Shown in pieces: positions 43,894 through 53,368 of a stretch of 64,000 bases of DNA. Under the pieces are notes generated by a model. That model was not told where the DNA came from. It worked only from the letters and a program-made list of their open reading frames with translations, and did no database searches. Position numbers and translations under genes: made by a program. Position 1 is the stretch's first letter. Every line of letters starts with the position of its first letter. Location: assembly GCA_001512965.1 (NCBI GenBank), contig LFRW01000043.1, positions 23,287 to 87,286 on the forward strand, written 5' to 3'. The stretch comes from Methanomicrobia archaeon DTU008. GTDB lineage: Archaea; Thermoplasmatota; Thermoplasmata; Methanomassiliicoccales; Methanomassiliicoccaceae.

Positions 43894-45210
43894 TCATCCC
43901 ACCAGACATCTCCTCTCTCGCTCGATCACGAACAGGTAGAGGGAGGAAAGCGCTATGATGAAACCGCCGGTGATGGCCATGACCTCGGCGAGCAGCTGTG
44001 GGGTGAACAATGTGCCAGTGGAGATGACGCCGCCCACGAGCGCGAAGAGCACGAAGACGGCCGTCAACAGGATCACGACATATGCGTGGCTGTCGGTGGC
44101 CAGACCGTACAGCATGAAGACGTTTGCCAGGCCCAGCAAGGTCATTGCTATCGCGAGGACCTGCATGGGACGGGCCACTAGAGGCAGGTATGGATTGTTG
44201 GGGACCAGGATGTTCAGGACGAGGTCGGGGAAGAATATGAACGCCAGGGCAACGACGCCGGAGAGCGTGACGGTCGCCAGGATGGATGTCTTGAGCATCC
44301 TCCACGTGCTCTTTCGCTGGGCGTACAGCTTGGCGATCTTGGGGAACATCACCGACGCTATGGCCCCCGGAAGGTACAGTATGATGCTCGCCAGCCTCGT
44401 TGCGGCGGTATAGACGTTGGCGGGGTCCTTCTCCATCAGCAAGGCCGCTATGATGATGTCCACGTTGGTGAGCACGGTGAATCCCAGGGCGGCGATGGTG
44501 GTGGGTATGGTGAATCGCCACACCTCCCCGCTCTCCGCCCTCTCGCCCTTCATGATCAGGTGCTTCCGCATGGCCAGCATGGAGAAAGCCACTCCGAAGG
44601 CGATGCCCACCACCACGCCCCCGACCGCTCCCGCGACGCCAAGGCCCATCACGACCAATCCGACCCCGAGGCCCAGCTTGATCAGGTAGTTGCCTCCGTA
44701 ACTGATGCCGAACGCGGTGAAGCGCTGCAGCCCCTGCAACGGACCGGAGCCTACCGGAAGCACCAGGGACAGAAGGACGCCGACGCCGACGAGCGCGATG
44801 GCGGCCGATGAGGTGAGATTGAGCGATGAGCGGACCTCGGGAGCATTGAGGATCGCCACGATGCCTATGGCGGCCAAACCGCCCAGGCCAAGGGCCAGCA
44901 GCAGGGTTCTGCGCATGAGCCAGGCTATGGACCCGTCGCGGCCCTGGGCGTTGTACTTGGCGGTATAGCGCACGAGAACGTTGCTGATGGCCGTGGAAGG
45001 CACTCCGGCTATGATGATGATGGCCAGGAACGTGTTTATCTCGGCGAGCTCGGTGGCCGCAAGATTCTGCATCATCAGCTGGTAGAAGAAGTTGCATGCT
45101 CCACCGCCGACCGTGGCGATGAACATTATCAGGACAGGTCCGCCCATCCCCTCCACCGATGTCAATCTTCTCAACCGATCGAGCATGAACCCCCACGCCA
45201 TGATGCCCAA
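43894..45210 (-). CDS. oligosaccharide flippase (MOP/Wzx family)
   Basis: 438 aa with about 12-14 TMs and a family-typical N-terminus. Confidence 0.7.
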   Translation of the reverse strand: MGIMAWGFMLDRLRRLTSVEGMGGPVLIMFIATVGGGACNFFYQLMMQNLAATELAEINTFLAIIIIAGVPSTAISNVLVRYTAKYNAQGRDGSIAWLMRRTLLLALGLGGLAAIGIVAILNAPEVRSSLNLTSSAAIALVGVGVLLSLVLPVGSGPLQGLQRFTAFGISYGGNYLIKLGLGVGLVVMGLGVAGAVGGVVVGIAFGVAFSMLAMRKHLIMKGERAESGEVWRFTIPTTIAALGFTVLTNVDIIIAALLMEKDPANVYTAATRLASIILYLPGAIASVMFPKIAKLYAQRKSTWRMLKTSILATVTLSGVVALAFIFFPDLVLNILVPNNPYLPLVARPMQVLAIAMTLLGLANVFMLYGLATDSHAYVVILLTAVFVLFALVGGVISTGTLFTPQLLAEVMAITGGFIIALSSLYLFVIERERRCLVG

Positions 45211-45290
45211 CCGATTTTAATATTTATGCAGAAAATTGCTCGAAAATGTTTAATTGCGCTCAGAGCATGGAGCCGCCCAGGGATGATTGA

Positions 45291-46553
45291 GTGAAGGTAT
45301 CGATCGTGGGGACGGGCTATGTCGGCCTGGTGACCGGCCTCTGCCTTGCTGAACTTGGGAACGAAGTGGTATGCATCGACGTCGTCCCGGCCAAGGTGAA
45401 GAGCATCATGGAAGGCCGTGCGCCGATCTACGAGCCAGGCATAGACGGGTTGTTGGAACGCAACCTGCGCTCCGGGCGCTTCCGCGCGACCATGGACATG
45501 GGCGAGGTCGCAGCGACGGATGTCACGTTCATAGCCGTGGGGACCCCATCCAGGGAGGATGGGTCCCTCGATCTCGAGTATGTCAAGGGAGCGGCCGAGG
45601 ACATCGGAAGAGCGCTGGCGTCCAAGGAGGGATATCACGTCGTGGTGGTGAAGTCCACCGTCACCCCCACCACCACGGACACCGTGGTCGGCCCGATCGT
45701 CGAGAAGGCGTCCGGCAAGAGGATCGGAGATGGGCTGGGAATAGCTTCCAACCCCGAGTTCTTGAAGGAAGGCATGGCCATCGAGGATTTCATGCATCCG
45801 GACAGGGTGGTCATCGGCGCTTCCGACGCGAAGGCCGCCGAGGTGGTGCGGTCCCTGTACTCGTCGTTCGACTGCCCCGTGGTGGAGGTCCCGACCGCCA
45901 CCGCCGAGATGATCAAGGTCGCGTCCAATTCCTTCCTGGCGACCAAGATATCCTTCGTCAACGAGGTTGGGAACATCTGCAAGGACATGGGGATCGATAT
46001 GCGCCAGGTCGCCGAGGGGATGGGGCTGGACCCAAGGATCGGCAAGCAGTTCCTTCGAGCCGGTTGCGGCTTCGGCGGTTCCTGCTTCCCCAAGGATGTG
46101 TCCGGCCTTGTCGCCGAGGCGGAGCGAAGGGGGATCCGCCCGAGCGTGATGAAGGCCGCGCTCGAGGTCAACGCGAGACAGCCGTTGAGGCTGCTGGAAC
46201 TGCTCGACCGGCGAATGGACGTCCAGGGGCGAACCGTGGCGGTGCTAGGCCTGGCGTTCAAGCCCTTCACCGACGATATCAGGGAGGCAAGTTCCCTCAA
46301 GATCGTGGCCGGCCTGCTGGAGAGAGGCGCCCAAGTGCGTGCATACGACCCGAAGGCGATGGACAACTTCCGCAATGTGCATCCCGAGGTGACGTACTGC
46401 TCATCGGCGAAGGAATGTCTGGAAGGTGCGGATGCCGCCGTCATCGTGACCGAGTGGCCGGAGTTCGCACCGCCCGAGCTGTACGGCGACATGCTCGTGG
46501 TGGACGGGCGAGGCGTCACGAGGACGTCTAACTACGAGGGAATATGCTGGTGA
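45291..46553 (+). CDS. ugd: UDP-glucose 6-dehydrogenase (GTG start)
   Basis: VSIVGTGYVGLVTG, NPEFLKEG, GFGGSCFPKD. Confidence 0.9.
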   Translation: MKVSIVGTGYVGLVTGLCLAELGNEVVCIDVVPAKVKSIMEGRAPIYEPGIDGLLERNLRSGRFRATMDMGEVAATDVTFIAVGTPSREDGSLDLEYVKGAAEDIGRALASKEGYHVVVVKSTVTPTTTDTVVGPIVEKASGKRIGDGLGIASNPEFLKEGMAIEDFMHPDRVVIGASDAKAAEVVRSLYSSFDCPVVEVPTATAEMIKVASNSFLATKISFVNEVGNICKDMGIDMRQVAEGMGLDPRIGKQFLRAGCGFGGSCFPKDVSGLVAEAERRGIRPSVMKAALEVNARQPLRLLELLDRRMDVQGRTVAVLGLAFKPFTDDIREASSLKIVAGLLERGAQVRAYDPKAMDNFRNVHPEVTYCSSAKECLEGADAAVIVTEWPEFAPPELYGDMLVVDGRGVTRTSNYEGICW

Positions 46554-46557
46554 GAAT

Positions 46558-47421
46558 ATGAAAGCGATCATCCCAGCGGCCGGAACGGGGGTGCGGTTCC
46601 TCCCCTTGACGAAGGACATGCCGAAGGAGATGCTCCCGGTGGTGCACAAGCCCACCATCCAATATGTCGTGGAGGAGGCGGTGGCGGCCGGCATCACGGA
46701 CATCCTGATCATCACCGGCCGGGGGAAGCGATCGATCGAGGACCACTTCGACCGTTCCCTTGAACTGGAGAGCGTCCTTGACAACAACGGGCGCCAGAAG
46801 GAACTGGACGAGATAATGCGGATCGCCAACATGGCCACCATACATTATGTGAGGCAGAAGGTGCCGCGCGGCCTCGGGGACGCCGTCCTGCTGGCGAGGC
46901 AGCACGTCGGCAACGAGCCGTTCGCCGTCATGCTAGGTGACACCATCAACCTGTCCGCGGTTCCGGTGGTCAAGCAGCTCATGGACGTCCAGGCGAGGAT
47001 GGGTGGGTCGGTGATCGCCGTGGAGCCTGTCGCCCGTGAGAAGGTCGGGGACTACGGCATCATCAAGGGGACTCAGGTCTCCGACCGCCTCTATGACATC
47101 GACGATCTGGTGGAGAAGCCGTCCCCCGAGGAAGCGCCGTCGAACCTGGGCATCACGGGGACATATGTCCTATCGCCGCTCATCTTCGATTGTATCGAAC
47201 GAACGCCTCCGGGACGGGGAGGGGAGGTGCAACTGACCGATGCCCTGCGGTTGCTGAGCAAGGAGGAGAAGGTCTATGGGCTGCAGTTCGATGGACGACG
47301 GTATGACATCGGTGACAAGCTCGGATGGCTGAAGACCACGATGGAACTGGCCCTCGGAGATCCTGACCTTGGCCCACCGCTCCGGGACCACATGCGTTCG
47401 CTCATGGAGAGGCAAGGGTGA
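46558..47421 (+). CDS. galU: UTP--glucose-1-phosphate uridylyltransferase
   Basis: KAIIPAAGTGVRFLPLTKDMPKEMLPV, VRQKVPRGLGDAV, GRRYDIGDKLG. Confidence 0.9.
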   Translation: MKAIIPAAGTGVRFLPLTKDMPKEMLPVVHKPTIQYVVEEAVAAGITDILIITGRGKRSIEDHFDRSLELESVLDNNGRQKELDEIMRIANMATIHYVRQKVPRGLGDAVLLARQHVGNEPFAVMLGDTINLSAVPVVKQLMDVQARMGGSVIAVEPVAREKVGDYGIIKGTQVSDRLYDIDDLVEKPSPEEAPSNLGITGTYVLSPLIFDCIERTPPGRGGEVQLTDALRLLSKEEKVYGLQFDGRRYDIGDKLGWLKTTMELALGDPDLGPPLRDHMRSLMERQG

Positions 47422-48010
47422 CATCGCATATGCCATAGTCCTCCTCCAGACGGTCCAGGTATGGAGGGATCAGTATGGCCACCAACGCCCCGCCGAGAAT
47501 ATCGACCGACAGGTCGACAGCGGTGTCATGGAGGGAGTATTGGGTCAACTGACCGAGGAACACATCGGCAGCGAACTCGGCCACCTCCCACACCATGCCC
47601 AGGACTATCACCATTCCGAGGGAGATGAGCGGCACATATCTCACCGGGAGCTGGCGGGGAACCGCCCTCCTCCCTCGCACCACGATGACGAGGTTGGCCG
47701 CCACCGCGATGACGGAGGTGGCCATCATATGGGTGAGCATGTCCCACCACCAAATGACGTCGTATGCGCCGATAAGTATGCCCATGGAATGGAGGACGGT
47801 CACGATCGCGGTCAGGGCCGCCATGATCCATGGAAGTGGCATGCAGAGGCGAAGACGGGCCTGGCGCGGCAGCGCCACCATGGCCATGCATAGGAGGGAG
47901 GTCAGTGCAGGGTACGGCTCCCAGACCAGGACCGATGCGACAAGGATCAGGGCCAGGGCGTAGAGGCCCAGCCGCGTGCTTATCAACTCCTTGCGCTCGT
48001 CGGACATCAT
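47402..48010 (-). CDS. integral membrane protein, hypothetical
   Basis: Five to six hydrophobic helices. The 3-prime end overlaps the galU end by 20 nt (convergent). Confidence 0.45.
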   Translation of the reverse strand: MMSDERKELISTRLGLYALALILVASVLVWEPYPALTSLLCMAMVALPRQARLRLCMPLPWIMAALTAIVTVLHSMGILIGAYDVIWWWDMLTHMMATSVIAVAANLVIVVRGRRAVPRQLPVRYVPLISLGMVIVLGMVWEVAEFAADVFLGQLTQYSLHDTAVDLSVDILGGALVAILIPPYLDRLEEDYGICDVTLASP

Positions 48011-48522
48011 GCCTTCACCTCATGGATGGAAGCCAGGTGGAATATCAAGGCCGTCAAGCCTATGCCGATCAGTCCAGAGGACAGATGGAGCATGAACGTC
48101 TCGTTGGTAGGGATGAAGGACGTCCCGACGATCCGGTCGACGTAGTAGAAGGCCAGGGCGCTGAGGCCTATGAACGCGTTCGCAAGCAGGAAGGACATTG
48201 CAGGGATGAGGTCCTCGGCCCCTATGTCCATGGTGATCGACGTCAGGTAGGATAGCAGGAACGCCACCACGGGCAACAGGATGAACTGGACATCTGGAGC
48301 GAGAGATGCGCCGGCAAGATTAGGGGCAAGGAGCAGGATGGCGAGGGTGGAGGCCATGAGGGGAGTGGTCGTCAGGTGCCTGTACGCGGTTATGGCCAAG
48401 GCGAGGGCCCACACACCCGCCACCGGCCAGTAGATGTTCCCGTCCGGGTATGGGATGAAGGAGCAAAAGGCCGCCGCCGCCAGCAGGAAGGAGGGGAGGA
48501 AGCCAAAGATCATCTTTCGCAC
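48007..48522 (-). CDS. integral membrane protein, hypothetical
   Basis: 171 aa, almost entirely hydrophobic. 4-nt overlap with the downstream gene. Confidence 0.45.
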   Translation of the reverse strand: MRKMIFGFLPSFLLAAAAFCSFIPYPDGNIYWPVAGVWALALAITAYRHLTTTPLMASTLAILLLAPNLAGASLAPDVQFILLPVVAFLLSYLTSITMDIGAEDLIPAMSFLLANAFIGLSALAFYYVDRIVGTSFIPTNETFMLHLSSGLIGIGLTALIFHLASIHEVKA

Positions 48523-49319
48523 GGCACCACCAGAAGAGGAATGGGAGACCTCCTTATCACGTCTTCGGAGTTACCGCCGAGCGCCACCTCTCGAAGGAGG
48601 GACCGGCGGCGGATGCCCATCACCATGATGGACGAGTCCAGCTCCCGCGCCGCCTCCAGGATGTTATAGGACACGGTTCCGAAATGGACATGGTAGGACA
48701 AGTCGCATCCTCCGCTGGACAACCTGAGCCGGATATCGTCAAGCATGTCGGCCACCTGTGTGAATCGGTCATCATCGTCGAGCGAGTAGTGGGTCGAGGG
48801 GATGACATGAAGGAGCACCGCCTTCTGAAGACCAAGACCTATCAGGGCTGGAAGCACGCGGTCGACGATCTCCCGGCAGGACGACAGGTCAAGGGCCACC
48901 AGGGCATTGCTGAGGATCGGGCGGTCGCTAACATCCATGGACCCGCCTATCAAGACAGGGCGGTCGGTGGAGCGGAGCACCTTCCAGGAAGTGGAACCGA
49001 TGAACAGTTCCCATGCCCTGCCCTTCCCGCTCGAGGCCATGGCGATGAGGTCCGCATTCTCCCGCCCCGCTGCGTTCAATATCTCGGCGGCGGGGTCGCC
49101 GAACACTACGATCTCCCTTGATGTGATACCCACCTCATCCAGCCTGCGATGCATTTCGTCCAGGGTCGACCTGCGATCTTCCGTCAATCGCTCATCTGGG
49201 CTGGAGACGAACATGAGGATCATCTCCATGGAGGTGAGGTCCGGCATCTCGAGCAGGCGGTCGAACAACCGGAGGGAACGGTCGGAGAAATCGAGAGGGA
49301 ACAGGATGCGGCCGAACAT
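48510..49319 (-). CDS. tandem universal stress protein (UspA) domains
   Basis: ILFPLDFS...ADLIAMASSGKG and a second copy ALVALDLS...MVMGIRRRS...GGNSEDVIRRSPIPLLVV. Confidence 0.8.
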   Translation of the reverse strand: MFGRILFPLDFSDRSLRLFDRLLEMPDLTSMEMILMFVSSPDERLTEDRRSTLDEMHRRLDEVGITSREIVVFGDPAAEILNAAGRENADLIAMASSGKGRAWELFIGSTSWKVLRSTDRPVLIGGSMDVSDRPILSNALVALDLSSCREIVDRVLPALIGLGLQKAVLLHVIPSTHYSLDDDDRFTQVADMLDDIRLRLSSGGCDLSYHVHFGTVSYNILEAARELDSSIMVMGIRRRSLLREVALGGNSEDVIRRSPIPLLVVPCER

Positions 49320-49568
49320 CGCAGTGATACATCATGTGGCTCATTTCTACAATATCTTATCGGAGACTCATGTCTGGACGAGGTTGAAGGGGATCGGCGC
49401 CGCCCGCCTCGTCCGGGATGCGGTCCATCTCACCTGCACGGCCTCTCGTCTTCTTTATTAGTCTCGACGGCCTCGCCCCCTGAACGGCGTGCCTATACAT
49501 ACTTGGGCGGTAGCGAGAAAGCCTAAGTGCATGGAATGGCTTCAACAAGGGTCATCGGTGAGGTTGGG

Positions 49569-50456
49569 ATGTTCGGGGTATCGAGCGAGGGGGAGCGGAA
49601 CGAGCGATCAGCCGTGGTCCTATCGATCATGGCCGCCCTCCTCTTCGGTTCCCAGTATGTGGTCATAAAGTTGGGGATGAAGGACATCGACCCATTGTTC
49701 TTCGGCGCGATGACCACTGCCATCGGAGGCCTGGTAGCCCTTACGTACATGCAATGGGTCGGACGCTTTCCCCTCCGCACGTTCCTTCATTGGGAGGTGT
49801 GGGCGGCCGCCGTGTCCACCGCTGGCCTGATCGCCTTTCAATACATCGGACTCACGATGACCACTGCCTCGGTCGGCGGCCTCATCATCGGAAGCAACAT
49901 CATCTTCGTTGCGCCGATCTCCGCCGTGGTTTTCAAGGAGCGGCTTGGCTGGCGGAGAACGATGGGAGTGGTCATCGGTTTGCTCGGTGTCTTCACCATA
50001 TCCACCGGATGGGACCTGTCATCCCTAACCTCGGGCGAGATACTGGGAAATGTCCTCTTGACGGGAGCATCGTTGTGCATCGCCCTGTCCTACCCGATAA
50101 ACAGACTTGCCACGAGGAAGATGGGGTTCGAGGAATGGGTCACCGGCTTTCACCTGCTGGCTCCGCTGTTCCTGTTGCCCCTGGCGGTGATGGACGGCGA
50201 GATAGGTACGGCTTCCTGGGAGGCTGCACCCGCGGTCCTGTTCGTTGGAGCGCTGTGTACTTCGGTGCCGACGCTGCTATGGGCAAAGGGCCTTCAGTCT
50301 CTCACCTTCGTGACCTCGGCCACCATCCTGCTGTCCGAGTCGGTGTTCGCGGTCATATTGGGGCTGGTGATACTAGGGGAGCCCATGACCGCCCTTACCA
50401 TCGCGGGAGCGCTTATGGTGTTCGCGGCGATATTCCTGGCCTCTTACAAGAGATAG
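49569..50456 (+). CDS. EamA/DMT-family transporter
   Basis: Ten hydrophobic helices in two EamA halves. Start taken at MFGVSSEG. Confidence 0.75.
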   Translation: MFGVSSEGERNERSAVVLSIMAALLFGSQYVVIKLGMKDIDPLFFGAMTTAIGGLVALTYMQWVGRFPLRTFLHWEVWAAAVSTAGLIAFQYIGLTMTTASVGGLIIGSNIIFVAPISAVVFKERLGWRRTMGVVIGLLGVFTISTGWDLSSLTSGEILGNVLLTGASLCIALSYPINRLATRKMGFEEWVTGFHLLAPLFLLPLAVMDGEIGTASWEAAPAVLFVGALCTSVPTLLWAKGLQSLTFVTSATILLSESVFAVILGLVILGEPMTALTIAGALMVFAAIFLASYKR

Positions 50457-50731
50457 GTGAACGTTAGGATAGTGAGGATGATGGAGCGGCTCGCTCATCA
50501 CTTCATCACTACTTTCTCCTTCCTGCCCTTCTTACCGTACCTGTAAGGGATCATGCAAGGGCCTCCATCCCGGTAGCTCCTCGCATTCCTATGGGGATCG
50601 CGATGAACGACTGGCCGGAACCAGGTGAATCTTATTATCAATAATTCTATTTATTACCGAGAATCTCTACGAAAAACCCATCTGGCATGTGTAGAATCCT
50701 AACATTCAAGAATGATAATCAATCGAGATTC

Positions 50732-50770
50732 ATTATATAATCTGCATAAGGGTCGCGACCCTCACAGGGT
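50732..50770 (+). promoter_or_regulatory. TATA box ATTATATAA (50732-50740) plus overlapping palindromes GGGTCGCGACCC (50750-50761) and ACCCT-CAC-AGGGT (50757-50769)
   Basis: Read directly. The palindromes lie between the TATA box and the ATG at 50779 of a wHTH gene, an autoregulatory geometry. Confidence 0.5.
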
Positions 50771-50778
50771 GCAATACC

Positions 50779-51141
50779 ATGCATGCTCTGGAAACGTCAA
50801 GGTTACTAACGGAAGAATACTCGGCAAAGATACTGTTAGCCACCATGGGCAGGGCCAAGAGCGCTTTCGAACTGTCCGAGAAGCTAGGCATACCTATCGC
50901 AGCCTGCTACCGGAAGATCAACCTGCTTGTCAGCGCCGGTCTCCTGTACTGCGAGGAGAGGAAGCTAACGAGGGCGGGCAAGAGGGTCAACCTCTACAAG
51001 GCGAAGGTGAAGAACGCCAGGATCACCTTCGAGAAGAACTGTATCAAGGCCACCATAGACATGATCGACGGCACCACTGAGGACTATAACTACAACATCG
51101 ACATGAGCCTGTTCATGTCAGATGGTTCGGCCAGTCAGTGA
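50779..51141 (+). CDS. ArsR-like winged-helix transcriptional regulator
   Basis: 120 aa: SAKILLATMGRAKSAFELSEKLGIPIAACYRKINLLVSAGLL. Confidence 0.65.
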   Translation: MHALETSRLLTEEYSAKILLATMGRAKSAFELSEKLGIPIAACYRKINLLVSAGLLYCEERKLTRAGKRVNLYKAKVKNARITFEKNCIKATIDMIDGTTEDYNYNIDMSLFMSDGSASQ

Positions 51142-52032
51142 TCATTGAAAAAAATCACGAAGACCTTCTTCCAGCCCGGTCCTGGTCTCGAAGCCCAGGA
51201 CCTGCCTGGCCCTTGAAATGTCCGCCACCGAGTCCCTTATGTCGGAGGTACGGGGGGGCACATGCTCCACCCTCACCTTTTCGGGGAATATATCCGAGAA
51301 GGTGCTGGCCAACTTAATTATGCTGGTCCCCTTCCCTGAGCCGCAGTTGAGCGTCTCGCCTGATAGGTCCGACTCCACGGCCATGGTCACCATTCTTGCC
51401 ACGTCCCGGGCGTGAAGGAAATCACGGGTCTGGAGCCCGTCGCCTTCGATCCGAAGAGGCCGATCCTCCCTGACCGCCTGTGCGAACTTCGTGATCACGC
51501 CCGAGTAGGGAGAGGATGGGTCCGCCCGGGGGGAATAGAAGTTGAACGGTCTGATGACGACCCATTCCAGGCCGAAGGTGCTGCCGAACGCTCTCACATA
51601 ATGCTCGCCGCACAGTTTGCTGGCACCGTAGAAGGATTTTGGAGCCAATGGATGCTCCTCGTCCACGGGCACTCGCTGCGGATCGCCGTACACGGCCGCG
51701 CTGGAGATGTATACGACCTTCCTGACACCGGCAGCCACGGCGGCCCGCAGGACTCCGATGGTCCCCATGACGTTGGTGTCGGCATCGCCAGAGGGGTCCT
51801 CCGTGGAACGCTGCACCGAGACCTGGGCAGCGGTATGCACCACGGCATCGCACCCCTCCATCGCGGAGGTCATGGCCTCGACGTCCCTGATGTCGCCCAT
51901 GGCGACCCTGCCCATCGCCGGTTCATGGACCGGCGGTCGGATGTCGACGCCCGAGACTTCATGCTCCGATGACATCTCCTCGAAGAGGTAGGATGCCAAC
52001 TGACCCGACCCACCGGTGATGAGGACCTTCAT
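51142..52032 (-). CDS. NAD-dependent epimerase/dehydratase (SDR)
   Basis: MKVLITGGSGQLASYL and YGASK. The track extension to 52209 is rejected, because a TATA-like CGTATTTATCG lies about 28 nt upstream of ATG 52032. Confidence 0.8.
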   Translation of the reverse strand: MKVLITGGSGQLASYLFEEMSSEHEVSGVDIRPPVHEPAMGRVAMGDIRDVEAMTSAMEGCDAVVHTAAQVSVQRSTEDPSGDADTNVMGTIGVLRAAVAAGVRKVVYISSAAVYGDPQRVPVDEEHPLAPKSFYGASKLCGEHYVRAFGSTFGLEWVVIRPFNFYSPRADPSSPYSGVITKFAQAVREDRPLRIEGDGLQTRDFLHARDVARMVTMAVESDLSGETLNCGSGKGTSIIKLASTFSDIFPEKVRVEHVPPRTSDIRDSVADISRARQVLGFETRTGLEEGLRDFFQ

Positions 52033-52129
52033 GAATGGCCAGAAGGGGTGCGGGTCGATAAATACGTTATTGGACATAATATGATGCTGGCCATTGAGGG
52101 TTTTATACCTGTCCAGCGTTGCAGTGTTC
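52033..52129. promoter_or_regulatory. bidirectional promoter region with two TATA boxes, both genes apparently leaderless
   Basis: TTTTATA at 52101-52107 lies 23 nt before the uxs ATG (52130). TATTTATCG on the minus strand (about 52055-52064) lies about 28 nt before ATG 52032. Confidence 0.45.
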
Positions 52130-53062
52130 ATGGACAGGGTGCTGGTAACGGGTGGCGCTGGATTCATAGGCTCCCACTTGTGCGCTCGACTGGTCACCGA
52201 GGGCCACATGGTCTATTGTTGGGACAATATGGAGACCGGCTCGGAGAGCAACCTTGCAGCCATCATGTCCTCCCCGCGGTTCGAGCTGGTACGCCACGAC
52301 ATCATAACGCCAAGGGACCTCGCGGTCGACCGCATATACAATCTGGCATGTCCCGCCTCTCCCGTCCACTATCAAAGGGACCCCATCCACACGATCATGA
52401 CCTCCACCGTGGGGGTCATGAACATGCTGGAACTGGCAGAGCGCTACGGCGCGACACTGCTGCAGGCCTCCACATCGGAGATATATGGCGATCCCAAGGT
52501 GCATCCCCAGAAAGAGGACTATTGGGGGCACGTGAACCCCATTGGCCCTCGCGCCTGCTATGATGAGTCGAAACGACTTGCCGAGACGCTTCTCGTTGCC
52601 CATGAGAGGCAGCGGGGAACCAATGTGCGCATAGCTCGCATCTTCAACACATACGGCCCCCACATGTCCGCTGACGACGGCAGGGTCGTATCCAATTTCA
52701 TCGTGAACGCCCTGCGAGGCGATGACATCACGATCAACGGCGATGGCAGCCAGACGCGCTCCTTCTGCTATGTCAGCGACATGGTGGACGGCCTTGTCCG
52801 CCTCATGCATTCTAACTTGCGCGGCCCGGTCAACCTTGGCAACCAGGTGGAGACGAGCATAATGGAGCTGGCCGAGAGGATCAATGCCCTTGCCGGGGGC
52901 CGGTCAGCCTTGGTGCATCGTCCGATGCCGATCGATGACCCATATCGGCGAAACCCGGACATAACGCTCGCGCGGCAACGGCTCGGATGGGAGCCGAGGG
53001 TCTCATTGGACGAAGGTCTTAGGGCAACCCTGAAGTACTTTCGCAGCATGATGGGGACCTAG
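52130..53062 (+). CDS. uxs: UDP-glucuronate decarboxylase (UDP-xylose synthase)
   Basis: VLVTGGAGFIGSHLC, STSEIYGDP, YDESKR, RIFNTYGP. Confidence 0.85.
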   Translation: MDRVLVTGGAGFIGSHLCARLVTEGHMVYCWDNMETGSESNLAAIMSSPRFELVRHDIITPRDLAVDRIYNLACPASPVHYQRDPIHTIMTSTVGVMNMLELAERYGATLLQASTSEIYGDPKVHPQKEDYWGHVNPIGPRACYDESKRLAETLLVAHERQRGTNVRIARIFNTYGPHMSADDGRVVSNFIVNALRGDDITINGDGSQTRSFCYVSDMVDGLVRLMHSNLRGPVNLGNQVETSIMELAERINALAGGRSALVHRPMPIDDPYRRNPDITLARQRLGWEPRVSLDEGLRATLKYFRSMMGT

Positions 53063-53084
53063 CAAGGGCGCCCGCCCTCGAAAC

Positions 53085-53306
53085 GTGAAGAACATGCTGA
53101 TACTGGACGGAGGATTGTCGCTCCTCGCCACCTTGGCAATGCTGGTCGTTGGCATAATCTTGCTCATCCTGCTCGTAAAGGTAGTGCTCTTCATAGCCAT
53201 CCCGGGCATCCTGGCCCTGGTGGTCTGGTTCATGACGAAGGATCCATTTCTGACGGGTGCGACGTTCCTAATCATAGCCGTGCTGACCATCATCTTCAAG
53301 CGTTGA
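53085..53306 (+). CDS. small 2-TM membrane protein
   Basis: 73 aa with two hydrophobic helices, between uxs and a flippase gene. Confidence 0.4.
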   Translation: MKNMLILDGGLSLLATLAMLVVGIILLILLVKVVLFIAIPGILALVVWFMTKDPFLTGATFLIIAVLTIIFKR

Positions 53307-53368
53307 GACACATAGGTCATTAAATAAGCCCAGCTCGAATAGTTCCGTTTCGACGGGGCAGGGGAAGC

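Noticed and set aside
43841-45196. 451-aa minus-strand ORF in an alternative frame of the flippase gene
   Set aside because: R/G/H/P-rich nonsense composition. The overlapping frame 43894-45210 gives a coherent 12-14 TM flippase.
45371-46531. 386-aa plus-strand and 294-aa minus-strand ORFs overlapping ugd
   Set aside because: These are off-frame or antisense products of the UDP-glucose dehydrogenase gene. They are arginine/glycine-rich with no motifs.
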